Part shown: one piece after another, positions 49,201 to 57,607 of the stretch
Numbering within the stretch: the first letter of the stretch is position 1
Layout of the letters: each line of letters opens with the position of its first letter
DNA from: Acidobacteriota bacterium
Lineage (GTDB): Bacteria; Acidobacteriota; UBA6911; RPQK01; JAJDTT01
DNA length: 64,000 nt
Direction: 5' to 3'
NCBI GenBank assembly: GCA_965209055.1
Contig: OZ242374.1
Coordinates: 1,952,001-2,016,000, forward strand
Notes under the pieces: model-generated
Database searches by the model: none
What the model saw: only the letters and a program-made list of their open reading frames with translations
What the model was told of the DNA's origin: nothing
Position numbers and translations under genes: made by a program

Positions 49201-49860
49201 CGGCGCTGGCGCGTGAATCAGTCAGATTTGTACGTGGTCGCCATTGCCAGCAGCGCCAACACGTCATGGCCTTGGTCTTCCGAAGCAACGGAAGCCGATG
49301 CCGCCAGTATTTTCAAGACGACCTATCCATCCATATACCGCCACCTTTTTCAATTTGAAGACAAACTCCGCAAACGACAAGACAGGGGAAAATTTTTCTG
49401 GGAACTGCGCTCCTGTGCCTATTATCACGCCTTTGAACAACCCAAGATCGTCTATCCGGAGATCGGGCTACGGATGAGGGCGCTGTTCGATCGGAAAGGT
49501 CATCTGACAAACAATAAGTGCTTCATTGTTCCCGGCGGCGGCGCCTACTTGCTTGCCCTCCTAAACTCGAAGCTCCTGGATTTCTATTTTCGCATCTCCA
49601 TGCCTTGCTTAGGCGATCCGTTCAACGGCGGACGCATGGAATTTCGAGGGGTTTTCATGGAGCGTGCACCCGTCGCACCGGCGAAACAGGAAACGAGAGA
49701 GTACCTGTCCCGACTTGCTATGAAAATCCAGACCGCAAAGGAAGCCGACCCCAGCACTGATACGCCATCCCTGGAACGGCAGATTGACGAAATCGTTTAC
49801 GATCTCTACGGCCTCGATGAGAAGGAAATCGCGCTGATCGAAAAGTCCGTGCCGTCATGA
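46258..49860 (+). CDS. Type IIG/Eco57I-like N6-adenine DNA methyltransferase with TaqI_C-like TRD
   Basis: VPF.NGGLF, LLGRVFENLL, GSYYTP, LDPAAGSGAF, YGVDI, IGNPPY, ITSNKF, KIVYPEI; overlaps the helicase stop. Confidence 0.9.
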   Translation: MDPIATREALTEALSGLAAGGPLRGGAMALFEVLGYRSRRTQDVGSVDEFLEWLEAEKPLTERQRRWFGFWRSVEIIFQVTDEEIDGQASLFQSFEQGRNKSFLFLAVELAHGSYSRTFLADTTRAVNGRLAMPVIVLFRHASTLTLAVIHRRAHKRDSTRDVLEKVTLVKDIRVDGTHRAHIDILTELALPRLIHVGVRNFDRLHAEWEKTLDIEELNRRFYRKLFVWFDRAVKQCRFPDDGAGPGNPERHVIRLITRCLFIWFLKEKGLVPDELFEESFADSKLRNHAPDRTDYYRAVLQNLFFATLNTEIDKRVFSRKAHCARRDFNKYQYHALLTDPEGFVAKLKTVPFVNGGLFDCLDDIEKKKAVGQRGDTFADYTVQGRNLHVPAHLFFHPDEGLFPLFRHYKFTVEENTPVDREVALDPELLGRVFENLLAAYNPETRETARKATGSYYTPRHIVDYMVDEALVAALAENSRPTDADSEFWRDRLNYLLDYEDAFDDAGELFDPYETESVVRAIAGLRVLDPAAGSGAFPMGVLHKLTLALRRLDPDNLHWERLQKELATGKAGAAFEGNEHQERDKELLEISRIFEIYRDSDFGRKLYLMQNCIYGVDIQPVACQIAKLRFFISLVIEQDTNENPNDNYGIRPLPNLETRLVAADTLVGLGAKKQSVLGSDVVKTMEDQLRHVRERYFNASTRQTKLRLRNQDNALRAELAGLLEELDYGHENAEAVANWDPYDQNSHAAWFDPEWMFGLSEGFDVMIGNPPYIRGEKIPDKARLHPEFGDFYRGTADLYTYFFRKGLDLLGEAGLLCFITSNKFMRAAYGTPLRRTLLHEAPPRLIVDFGELPVFEAGVDPAVFLVEKAGAHRKLKAAAIKTKEEIGDLRKALDQRAFSMPVSSLSPTVWTLVPPRVQRLLDKIKAGGTPLSDYLKAGINWGIKTGLNKAFVIDAGTRGELIAEDPNSAELIKPWLRGKDVRRWRVNQSDLYVVAIASSANTSWPWSSEATEADAASIFKTTYPSIYRHLFQFEDKLRKRQDRGKFFWELRSCAYYHAFEQPKIVYPEIGLRMRALFDRKGHLTNNKCFIVPGGGAYLLALLNSKLLDFYFRISMPCLGDPFNGGRMEFRGVFMERAPVAPAKQETREYLSRLAMKIQTAKEADPSTDTPSLERQIDEIVYDLYGLDEKEIALIEKSVPS

Positions 49861-49963
49861 GCTCTGCTGGCACCGAAGGGAGTCTCCTAGATCGTTCGTC
49901 TGTGCCCGAACTGCCGCCACACACGATCTGTGCTAAGATCGCCGATGATCGTTGCCAGTCTTG

Positions 49964-50728
49964 ATGGAACTGGACATGCTGGGTAAAGAGTCCCCTTGGC
50001 CTATAGCCACCGATTGGTCTACTGAACATCTGCGCCTGACGGTTTTCGCAGAGGCAGAGAGGCCATATGGTCGGGCACGAGAGCTGTGGCAGTCTTTAGT
50101 CGGTGGAACGCCTGCCGAAGTGACTGAGAATCCGCAAACCAATACGATTCAGCTCCAGCGGCAAGATGGTCAGTCTGTCCTACACATGCTTGCTGACACC
50201 GCCAGGATGGATCTTCGGCAGTTTTACCGTCCACTGGACGAGAAGCAGATTGGTGGACCGCCGTTTCTCAGTGCTCAGAAACAGTTCGCACGCTTGGTGA
50301 AGAGATGGCTTCGAATAAAGCCCCTCAACAATGTGCAGAGAGTAGCCTTCGGCTCTACTGTGCTCAGACGCTGTGCCAAGCTTGAAGACTGCCATGATGC
50401 GTTGCAGGCATTCGTACCAATTCAGGGAGTGCCTGCATCGTCCCTTGAGGATTTCCTTTACCAGACCAACCGATGGCGCAGATCAAGACTCGTCACTGGC
50501 CTCCGCATCAACCGTCTAGTAAAATGGTCTGTGCAACATGTTGCTCGTTTGCGGATTGATGCAGGCGCACGTATGGGGTCTACTAGTTTTTCTGCTTACA
50601 ACGCCCAACTGGAGTTGGACGTAAACTCGGCGCCTGAACACGCTGACCTGCTAATACCCCATCGCCTTGAGACATTGTTCGGGGAACTTGTTGAGTTGGC
50701 CATTCGGTTTCATAGCTCAGGAGAGTAG
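49964..50728 (+). CDS. Hypothetical protein, possibly TIGR04255-like (start uncertain, 49952-49976)
   Basis: Long ORF in lower-GC DNA; beta-rich pattern R.DL, RVAFG, LELDVNS. Confidence 0.6.
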   Translation: MELDMLGKESPWPIATDWSTEHLRLTVFAEAERPYGRARELWQSLVGGTPAEVTENPQTNTIQLQRQDGQSVLHMLADTARMDLRQFYRPLDEKQIGGPPFLSAQKQFARLVKRWLRIKPLNNVQRVAFGSTVLRRCAKLEDCHDALQAFVPIQGVPASSLEDFLYQTNRWRRSRLVTGLRINRLVKWSVQHVARLRIDAGARMGSTSFSAYNAQLELDVNSAPEHADLLIPHRLETLFGELVELAIRFHSSGE

Positions 50729-50732
50729 AGAA

Positions 50733-51350
50733 ATGATCACCCATAAGGAAGAAATTTTAGCGGCAAGTACTTTCAAACCGCTCGAACCGATGCCGCAGGA
50801 ACGCCTCAGCAATGGGTTCCAATACCTTGCCGGATCCCAAATAGTCATCACAGAATTGGCTATGCCACAGACCCAAAAGGTCACCCACTATGTCGCAGCC
50901 CTACCGGGCGCCAGCTCGGTGGAACCGACATGGGATACCTATAGCGTCGTCCGCGACCTTGTAAGTCTCAATCTGAATGACGCTACGCTTTATGTCCATT
51001 CTGGTCGTTTCCCAGCAGCACTCGCCCCTATGTTTCAAGAGCTTGTGGAACGATGGTACGAAGAGAGGAAGAATGCCTTGTCCTCAATGGCCGAAATGAT
51101 AGCGTGTCCATCGTACCTTAGAATCATAGGGCTGGGACCCGATGTACTTCCGCTCATAATTGAACAGTTGAAAAGAGAGGGAGATAAACCTGATCATTGG
51201 TGCGCGGCGCTTGAAGCAGTAACGGGGGCAAATCCGGTTCCAGAGGACGCTCACGGGAACACAGTGAAGATCGCAAAACACTGGATCGCATGGCACACCG
51301 ACCGTACTCGGCAGACTTTCCTCGACTCACCCGAAGAAATCACAGGATAA
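50733..51350 (+). CDS. Hypothetical protein with a conserved helical C-terminal domain
   Basis: GGAG RBS; F.ELV..W..E...SS...P.Y.RIIG.G...LPLI...L....HW..AL..VTG.NPV...G...W..W. Confidence 0.7.
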   Translation: MITHKEEILAASTFKPLEPMPQERLSNGFQYLAGSQIVITELAMPQTQKVTHYVAALPGASSVEPTWDTYSVVRDLVSLNLNDATLYVHSGRFPAALAPMFQELVERWYEERKNALSSMAEMIACPSYLRIIGLGPDVLPLIIEQLKREGDKPDHWCAALEAVTGANPVPEDAHGNTVKIAKHWIAWHTDRTRQTFLDSPEEITG

Positions 51351-51760
51351 CCAGTAGTCGTGACCTGGATTACAACTGCATAGCTTGGGCCGCAGGTCGT
51401 ACTACAGAATGGTGGTGGCCCAAAACGGGGCCAGCGTCCCGTAGCTACTGGCCTCCTGGCGCATGCAACAAAGTCTCTCTTCGGTCGTTTGTTCAGGCGT
51501 TCCAACTGCTGGGCTATGTGAAGTGCGATGATGGCTCCTTGGAGCCTGGGTATCAGAAGGTTGCAATCTTCATCGCTGATAACAAACCCACCCACGCGGC
51601 AAGACAGTTGCCCAACGGGAAATGGACGAGCAAGCTTGGCAATCTTGAGGATATTGAGCATATCTCCGTCGAAGATGTGAATGGCCCTCTGTACGGGGTC
51701 CCCGCGCAGTTCATGAAAAAATCGCGTTCGGGGCCATCTTCTCAAGTTGCAAAAAGCTGA
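51290..51760 (+). CDS. DUF7689-like protein with a putative Cys-His (papain-like) active site
   Basis: TS..D..YNCIAWAAG...WWWP...YWP, KVAIF...THAARQ...G.WTSKLG..EDIEH. Confidence 0.72.
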   Translation: MAHRPYSADFPRLTRRNHRITSSRDLDYNCIAWAAGRTTEWWWPKTGPASRSYWPPGACNKVSLRSFVQAFQLLGYVKCDDGSLEPGYQKVAIFIADNKPTHAARQLPNGKWTSKLGNLEDIEHISVEDVNGPLYGVPAQFMKKSRSGPSSQVAKS

Positions 51761-52025
51761 GCCTCAGCCACCAAGATTAATTGACTGACGGCGGGATGAC
51801 TCCCCTGCACGTCGCAACCTTGGAATCCGATGGATGCGTTGAAATTCAGGACCTTGGGGTCGATGGCCGCGAGACGTGAAATTTGTGCCGCAGAATGTCC
51901 CAACCGAGTGACAGCCATCCAACGGCCCCAGATAAAAGCGCATCACAAATCTCATCTGCGCCCTGATTCAACTATTCGCAGGCAGGGCCATCCCAGTCCT
52001 TGTCCGTCATTCACTTGTAGGCGGG

Positions 52026-52600
52026 ATGGTCCTTCTTCACCAGGCCTTCGTAATCGACGTGGCCCATGTGGAAGTAGAGTACATTCGAGACAAAATGGAG
52101 TTCGTCCAGGCAGTCCGGGTGCAACTGATGAAACGCGCCGCCGGTGATGCGCGGGCGCAAGCGCAACTGCGACGAGTTCATCTTCTACGAAGAGTTGGAC
52201 CAGGTCGCCACCAATCCGCCGCAAGAACGCCGTCCTGGCCGGATCATTGGACCGGATGCTGGAGCGAACCCTCCGCCGATCTCACAACTGGGTCGTCGAG
52301 GCCGCACAGGTCATCGAGGAACTAGTCCAATTGGCCCGAGGGATGCGTAAAGCCAACGCCCATGGCGAAAGACTAGGCTTTTCCGAAGACTTGCTGGCTT
52401 TCTACAACGCGCCGGAAACCAATGTCAGCCTGGTGAAAGTCATGGGAGACGAGACGCTGCGGAAAGACGTGCGAGCGCTGCTCACGAACATCCTGCGCAA
52501 TAATGGTTGCTCACCGGATCGACAAGAAAATCACGATGCGGACCGCCTTAGAACAGGTCGGGATGCTGTCGGCCAAGTGGGCTGCCTGGCCGGTCGAGGC
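52026..52600 (+). pseudogene. hsdR: Type I restriction subunit R C-terminal (DUF3387-like) remnant
   Basis: IRD...F.QAVR..L.KRA; [42 protein letters not shown]; ILR..G..PD.QE; frameshifts and deletions. Confidence 0.8.
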
Positions 52601-52740
52601 CAACTCAAGATTTGGGGGCATCTGTGGGGGCAACCCAACACCTATACCGAACACTAGCCTTGTAAATTCAGTCAGTTACAGTAGATATTTGGTTGCCACC
52701 GCCTCCACCAATCTCCCAAGAATAGCAACGCGGGCACCCT

Positions 52741-52803
52741 GGGAGCCGGGACAGTCTTGTCCCGTCTTCGTCCCCGACTGGGAGCCGCGGCTTTCTCGCC
52801 GCC
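52741..52803 (+). repeat. Two degenerate GGAG REP-like hairpins just outside attR
   Basis: GGGAGCCGGGACAGTCTTGTCCCG and GGGAGCCGCGGCTTTCTCGCCGC. Confidence 0.5.
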
Positions 52804-52888
52804 GACCTCCGCCGGAGCAGGGGCCAGTCGCCTTTTCTTCCTTTCGTCAGAGGAGATTCTAGTCTCGACCTACGGCGGCGCTTCCCGG

Positions 52889-53998
52889 TCAGTAGAAAAG
52901 ATTTGCTTGAAAATCGGGCATCCTTCCGGCCGCCGCAAGCTCTCCCCATTCGTCCAACCGGCCGCGATGAGACTTCCAGAACTTTGAGCAGAGTTCGAAG
53001 AACTCAAGAACGATCTCTCGTTCGCCAATCTCCAGGAGCGCTTTGGCGAGCATCATATTCGGCCCGAATGATCGGAGCACGGGTGAGCCTGGTGTCATAC
53101 CAGCCGCAATCAGGCGGGATTTCGCTTCCTCGATTTTGCCCTCGCGTAAGGCAATTCGGCCCATCACCAGGTTGCCTTGGTGGACTCGATCTCCGTAATT
53201 CCGACCAGCATTCGTGTTTTGCAGCATGATTTCTGCAAACTGCCGAGCCTTGTCAAGCTCATCCGCCGCGAATGCCGCTTTCGCGAGATCCTCCAATAGC
53301 AAATCTCGCCCCGATTCCCCTGAGAGTTCGTATGCTAGTTCCAGTTGCTCCAACTGCTCTTCGGAGATTTCTTGGTCCATTGCTCCGGACCCCAGATTGG
53401 CCAACACGCCATAAGTGCGCGCGAGTTCCTTCGGCCATTTCGGATTGGACGGATCGAGAGATCGGGCGTGCTTCAGAAATTTGATCGAAGTCCTGCGGTC
53501 GCCATGCATGAAGAATTGTTCTGCGTTCTCTAGCACCATTGGGTTTTCAGGTTGGCTTTCGACTTGATCCATCCAAGCTTTCTCGGCCTGCAAAAAACCC
53601 TCCGGGTCACGAAAATGATCAATGCCTGCTTCGGGATGTACCAAGACTTCCGATTCCGGCGAGTTTCGGATGAGCCACAGTACGTGTCGGCGTATTGCGG
53701 ACTTGGCCGAGTCCTCGTGGATAGATCGTATCCCGTCGTAGTAGCCGAGAAGCAGCGTTCGTGAAGTCACGTCATTCGGATCGAATGCCAGTTTCTCTTC
53801 GAGTTTCGCAGCCTGTTCCGAGCTAAGCTCGCTGCCGGTTTTCAGGTCGAAGTAGACCCACTTCTCGCCGGATGAACCCTCAGGGTTACCCTTGGGCGGT
53901 TCAGTGGATTGTGGCCCAAGACCCACTGGGCCGAGAACAATGGCCATAATGGTGACCAGGGACACAATCAGGAATGCCAGGAACACTTCCTTTCGCAT
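52889..53998 (-). CDS. Membrane-anchored/secreted TPR-like protein
   Basis: N-terminal hydrophobic helix; helical repeats; C-terminal H.GNLV.GRIAL.EG...FGPNM.LAK.LL..GER..VL..F.LC.KFW. Confidence 0.75.
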   Translation of the reverse strand: MRKEVFLAFLIVSLVTIMAIVLGPVGLGPQSTEPPKGNPEGSSGEKWVYFDLKTGSELSSEQAAKLEEKLAFDPNDVTSRTLLLGYYDGIRSIHEDSAKSAIRRHVLWLIRNSPESEVLVHPEAGIDHFRDPEGFLQAEKAWMDQVESQPENPMVLENAEQFFMHGDRRTSIKFLKHARSLDPSNPKWPKELARTYGVLANLGSGAMDQEISEEQLEQLELAYELSGESGRDLLLEDLAKAAFAADELDKARQFAEIMLQNTNAGRNYGDRVHQGNLVMGRIALREGKIEEAKSRLIAAGMTPGSPVLRSFGPNMMLAKALLEIGEREIVLEFFELCSKFWKSHRGRLDEWGELAAAGRMPDFQANLFY

Positions 53999-54116
53999 TT
54001 TCTCTCCTTTCCTACTCTGCACCCTATTCTGGGTCTCTATCCTAAGCCAGAGACATCTCCCTCATAATGGGCTGCATGAACCAGGCCGCTGGCGACTGGG
54101 CCGGCTCCGGCGTCAA

Positions 54117-54842
54117 TCAGTAATAAAGATTGCCGCGGAAATTCGGGATTTTTCCCTCTTTGACCGAAACGGCCCATTCGTCCATCCGGTCATCGCGCCA
54201 GAACTTTGAACAGAGCCGGAAGTACTCGAGTACGACCTTTCGCTCACCCTTATCCAAGAGCTCTTTGGCGAGCATCATATTGGGGCCGAATGTATCGAGG
54301 TTGAATGCGCCGGGAACGTCGGCGGCCGCAAGCAGGCGCGACATTGCTTCGTGGATGTCTCCCTCGCGCAAAGCGATACGACCCAGGACGAGGTTGCCGT
54401 GGTGGATACGGTTTGCGTAAAACGTTCCTGACGGGGAATAAGGAGCACCGGGACGAGCCTGAAGCGCGAGTTCCGCATGATGCCGAGCCTTGTCGAACTG
54501 ACCCGCTTCGAATGCCCCCTTTGCCAGACTCACCGAGAGTCTGGCTCTGGCCAATTCACCCCCAACTTCATACGCCTCTTCGAATTGCTCCAGTGCCTTC
54601 TCAATGAGGAGCTTGGCAACCTGGGGAGATTTTCCGCGAGCCGAGAACAGATACGCGTTCCCTAGCTTCTTCAGCAATAGCGTCTTTCCGCTCGAATCCG
54701 CTTCGGAGAGGAGACTGCTACTCCTCGGACTCTTTGCATGGACACCTTGCGCGCCCATCGGGAAATGCAGGACGAAGAGGGTAATCGCAGCAAGAATCGA
54801 AAGACAGGAGCGGAGTGTGATGGGATTTAATGAGTTAGGCAT
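54117..54842 (-). CDS. Shorter paralogue of the adjacent TPR-like protein
   Basis: Signal peptide; C-terminal ~150 aa clearly homologous to 52889-53998. Confidence 0.75.
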   Translation of the reverse strand: MPNSLNPITLRSCLSILAAITLFVLHFPMGAQGVHAKSPRSSSLLSEADSSGKTLLLKKLGNAYLFSARGKSPQVAKLLIEKALEQFEEAYEVGGELARARLSVSLAKGAFEAGQFDKARHHAELALQARPGAPYSPSGTFYANRIHHGNLVLGRIALREGDIHEAMSRLLAAADVPGAFNLDTFGPNMMLAKELLDKGERKVVLEYFRLCSKFWRDDRMDEWAVSVKEGKIPNFRGNLYY

Positions 54843-55316
54843 AATATTCAAGATACGCCGGACGCCCGAAATGATCAACGGGTCGGACGTTTCCGGGGGC
54901 GCATGGACAAGGGGAGAAAGGGACAGTCACTTTTTCTTCTCGTCGTTATACGTTGCTATGCTCGACGACACCTGTTGGCTCCCCACCCACCTCGGGTCTG
55001 ATCGGCGAGGCTTGCGGCATCACGAGCGATGCACTCCTGATTAGCGAAGGCCCCAGGGCAACATCCGGGTGCTCTTCGTCGGGCTCTACTACAGGGGTCA
55101 GCGCCACTCGGATCTGGAGCGTGAGTACGTTGAAATCAACGATCCAATCGACGAACGCATGCCGCGCATCCGGCGACTGTCTGACAGTCTACTGGTGCAC
55201 GTCACCAACCTGACATGGCCGAGGAGTTGAAGACTTCGCCGGCCTACAACGAGGCGCTACTTCGAGCCAAGCTCCAAGATCCGTTCCTTGATCTTCCGGA
55301 CCTGATCGCCTCTTGA

Positions 55317-56990
55317 CTACGCACGGGTCTTGAAAAACAAACCAACTGGAGATCTTCGAAGGTCTTGGTACTGTTTGATCAGCGCTCGAATCTTCGCTGG
55401 AAATTCCTTGAGCTTAGGAACATCAAGAAACTGGTTCCCAGCTATCGCCGCCAAGCCGTAGAGAGGCATCCCGGTGGCTGCAGCCGCGACTTCAACTCCA
55501 CCCACCATTAGCCACGACCCCACGTCTTTGAAGCCAAATTGCAGCAGCGCGTCGGTCACCCGCTGTATCTGTTGCTGATGGTCAGCCATCATCTTGTCCA
55601 GGTTTGCCACGACCAACTCTGTGGTTTGAGCGAAATCCTCGGGCCCAGCCATGGATAGCCCTGCGACACCGTCACTCAGTGTCTTCCGTATCTCCCGAAC
55701 AGCATGTCGCCTGCGCAGCTGGATCAGGGCCGCCGTCGGAACTCGGCCGAGCCAAGATACACGTCCGTTGTTCACCGCCGCCTGAAGGGCTCGTACGACG
55801 AGAAGGTCGGAAAGATGGGAATCCCCATCGGAAAAGCGTGTTGTGTCGTACTCCAATTTCCACTGGAAGTAACGCCACGAAGTGGGCGCTTGAATCAGTG
55901 GAACGCCACGTAGTTGTTGAGTCCGTAGCAGGAGATCATTGGCCTGTGCCATGCGGCCGACAGCCTGCGAGAGCGCGACCCGTCCAGGTTTGTCGCCGAC
56001 CAGCGTCTGGAGTTCCGGCTGCTCAGCTAGGACGCGCTTGATCTGGTTTTGAAGCGGACCCTGCCACTCAACATCAAAAAGAAGCCGATTCGGCCTGTCC
56101 AGAGCCCGCACAACGGCATCTACGTCTCGAAGACTGTCCGCGAAGTCTTTGACCTCGTCCAGATTCCTGAATGACCTCCCGAAAAGGACTCCGGTGTGCG
56201 TGACAGCATCGGCCTTACTAACTGCTGCGATGACATTTGGTTCGTTAGGATCAATGCTGCTTCGGTCAGGTGCGACTACAATGATCGGTGGGTCAACGTC
56301 CGCTATAGCGAGTTCTCGATACTTCAGTATATTCAGGGCGTGCTTGACGACGTAATGGACCCGTCGCTCAGGTGACCAGAATTCGAAGAGAGCTGCCGAG
56401 CGAAGAAACGGGTCTGGCAGCACGATCGTGTCCACGTACAGGCCACACGTGGAAGCTATATTCTGGCTCGGGGATGGAAAAAGGTCGCCACCGAATACGG
56501 CTTTGAGTTGCTGTGCATCTTCCAAGTGAACGTGAGTTGCCTCCCCAAGATTTGTCCAAAACTCTGACAGTACCTCCAAAAACCTCGGGATCACGCTATC
56601 CATTTCGGCAACGAACGTCGCATCGGCTGCAGCTGTCCTACCCGCCCGCTCAGGGTCCAATCCGATGCGCGACATGCGCTTGAAGATGTGTCCGAAGTTG
56701 TCATGCAGCCACTCGAAATACTCGCGTTGTATTTCCGCCAACGAAACTTGTCGCTTGATGTCGGATCGTACTTTCGCCGTGGACACTGCCAAAGCCATTG
56801 CACGTACACGGCTATCGACTGTATCGAGATCAATCTCGCCGTCGGATCCATATCGGACGGCTTCAAGGCTTTTCCTTATGCTCTCCGCCAAGTGCGGCGC
56901 GAACACAACCCGCCCCGCTTGAAGTTCGTCTCTCAGGACGATGAGCCGTTTGCGCAATCTGCCCTGCTGTTCTTCAGTTTGGCTCGTCAT
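55317..56990 (-). CDS. Hypothetical protein; N-terminal Avs1c-like segment and C-terminal hydrophobic hairpin
   Basis: 557-aa ORF in lower-GC DNA; motif SL.AVR..SDG.IDL.TVD..VR..A; LY.DTIVLPDP. Confidence 0.65.
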   Translation of the reverse strand: MTSQTEEQQGRLRKRLIVLRDELQAGRVVFAPHLAESIRKSLEAVRYGSDGEIDLDTVDSRVRAMALAVSTAKVRSDIKRQVSLAEIQREYFEWLHDNFGHIFKRMSRIGLDPERAGRTAAADATFVAEMDSVIPRFLEVLSEFWTNLGEATHVHLEDAQQLKAVFGGDLFPSPSQNIASTCGLYVDTIVLPDPFLRSAALFEFWSPERRVHYVVKHALNILKYRELAIADVDPPIIVVAPDRSSIDPNEPNVIAAVSKADAVTHTGVLFGRSFRNLDEVKDFADSLRDVDAVVRALDRPNRLLFDVEWQGPLQNQIKRVLAEQPELQTLVGDKPGRVALSQAVGRMAQANDLLLRTQQLRGVPLIQAPTSWRYFQWKLEYDTTRFSDGDSHLSDLLVVRALQAAVNNGRVSWLGRVPTAALIQLRRRHAVREIRKTLSDGVAGLSMAGPEDFAQTTELVVANLDKMMADHQQQIQRVTDALLQFGFKDVGSWLMVGGVEVAAAATGMPLYGLAAIAGNQFLDVPKLKEFPAKIRALIKQYQDLRRSPVGLFFKTRA

Positions 56991-57059
56991 CAGACACGTG
57001 CCTGTCGTGCCGGGCCCGCTTGTTCGGATGCGCCGGGCGTCGGCACTGCTTCAGCGGCC

Positions 57060-57215
57060 CCATGTGGATGAACCATGATCTGCACGTCTACGTACTCGCC
57101 GAGCATATTGATAACGGTCATCAGACGGTCAATGGTGAAGCGGTCAAGCTGTACGTTGCGTATGCAGGTAAAGTCCGCATGACTGACACCGGTCCGGCTC
57201 TAAGCATTGCGCGCG
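57060..57215 (-). pseudogene. XRE-family (HTH_37-like) regulator/antitoxin remnant
   Basis: RTG..HADF..IRN..L.RFTIDRLM...N.LG..V.V, preceded by an in-frame TAG. Confidence 0.65.
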
Positions 57216-57607
57216 GCCCTGATCCAAGAAATTTGCCCGCGTATCAGTGCGTCTCATAAGTGTGGTGGCAAATATAATACCATCCGTCAAGCGGGACAAA
57301 TGTTCCTTTGTTAGCGCCTACAGCGGGATCCGCAATTCGCCTCGTCGGCCTTTGCCGACCGTATGCCAGGTTTGAGGCATGCTATTCACCGCTTGACTTC
57401 GCCGGGTCGGGTGAGTCCGACGCACACTCGCGCCAGAACGGCTTTCTCACCTTTTCGGCGTCTGTCATTCGCTGTTGCTTTTGTCGGATCGCCTCTTTAT
57501 CGACTTGTCGGCGCTGTTCCTCCCACGTCAGGGTTTGGACGTTTCCGCCAGCCGCGGTTGAGCGAAAACGCTCACAAACCCGTAACTGTTTTTAGGAGGG
57601 ATACATC

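Larger units (their letters stand above)
37902..52712. mobile_element. Genomic island integrated at the tmRNA 3' end (~14.8 kb)
   Basis: 17-bp direct repeat CCACCGCCTCCACCAAT at 37902-37918 and 52696-52712; adjacent integrase; GGGGCA arm-type repeats at 38021-38080 and 52613-52634; IHF-like boxes at 37962-37974 and 52666-52678. Confidence 0.93.

Noticed and set aside
42942-49860. Complete DISARM or BREX system
   Set aside because: No DrmA/DrmB (DUF1998), PglZ or BrxC genes
54900-55300. Small ORFs between the TPR genes and the 557-aa gene; likewise 60230-60640 and 62210-62860
   Set aside because: No recognisable motifs, RBS or codon bias; probably decayed sequence
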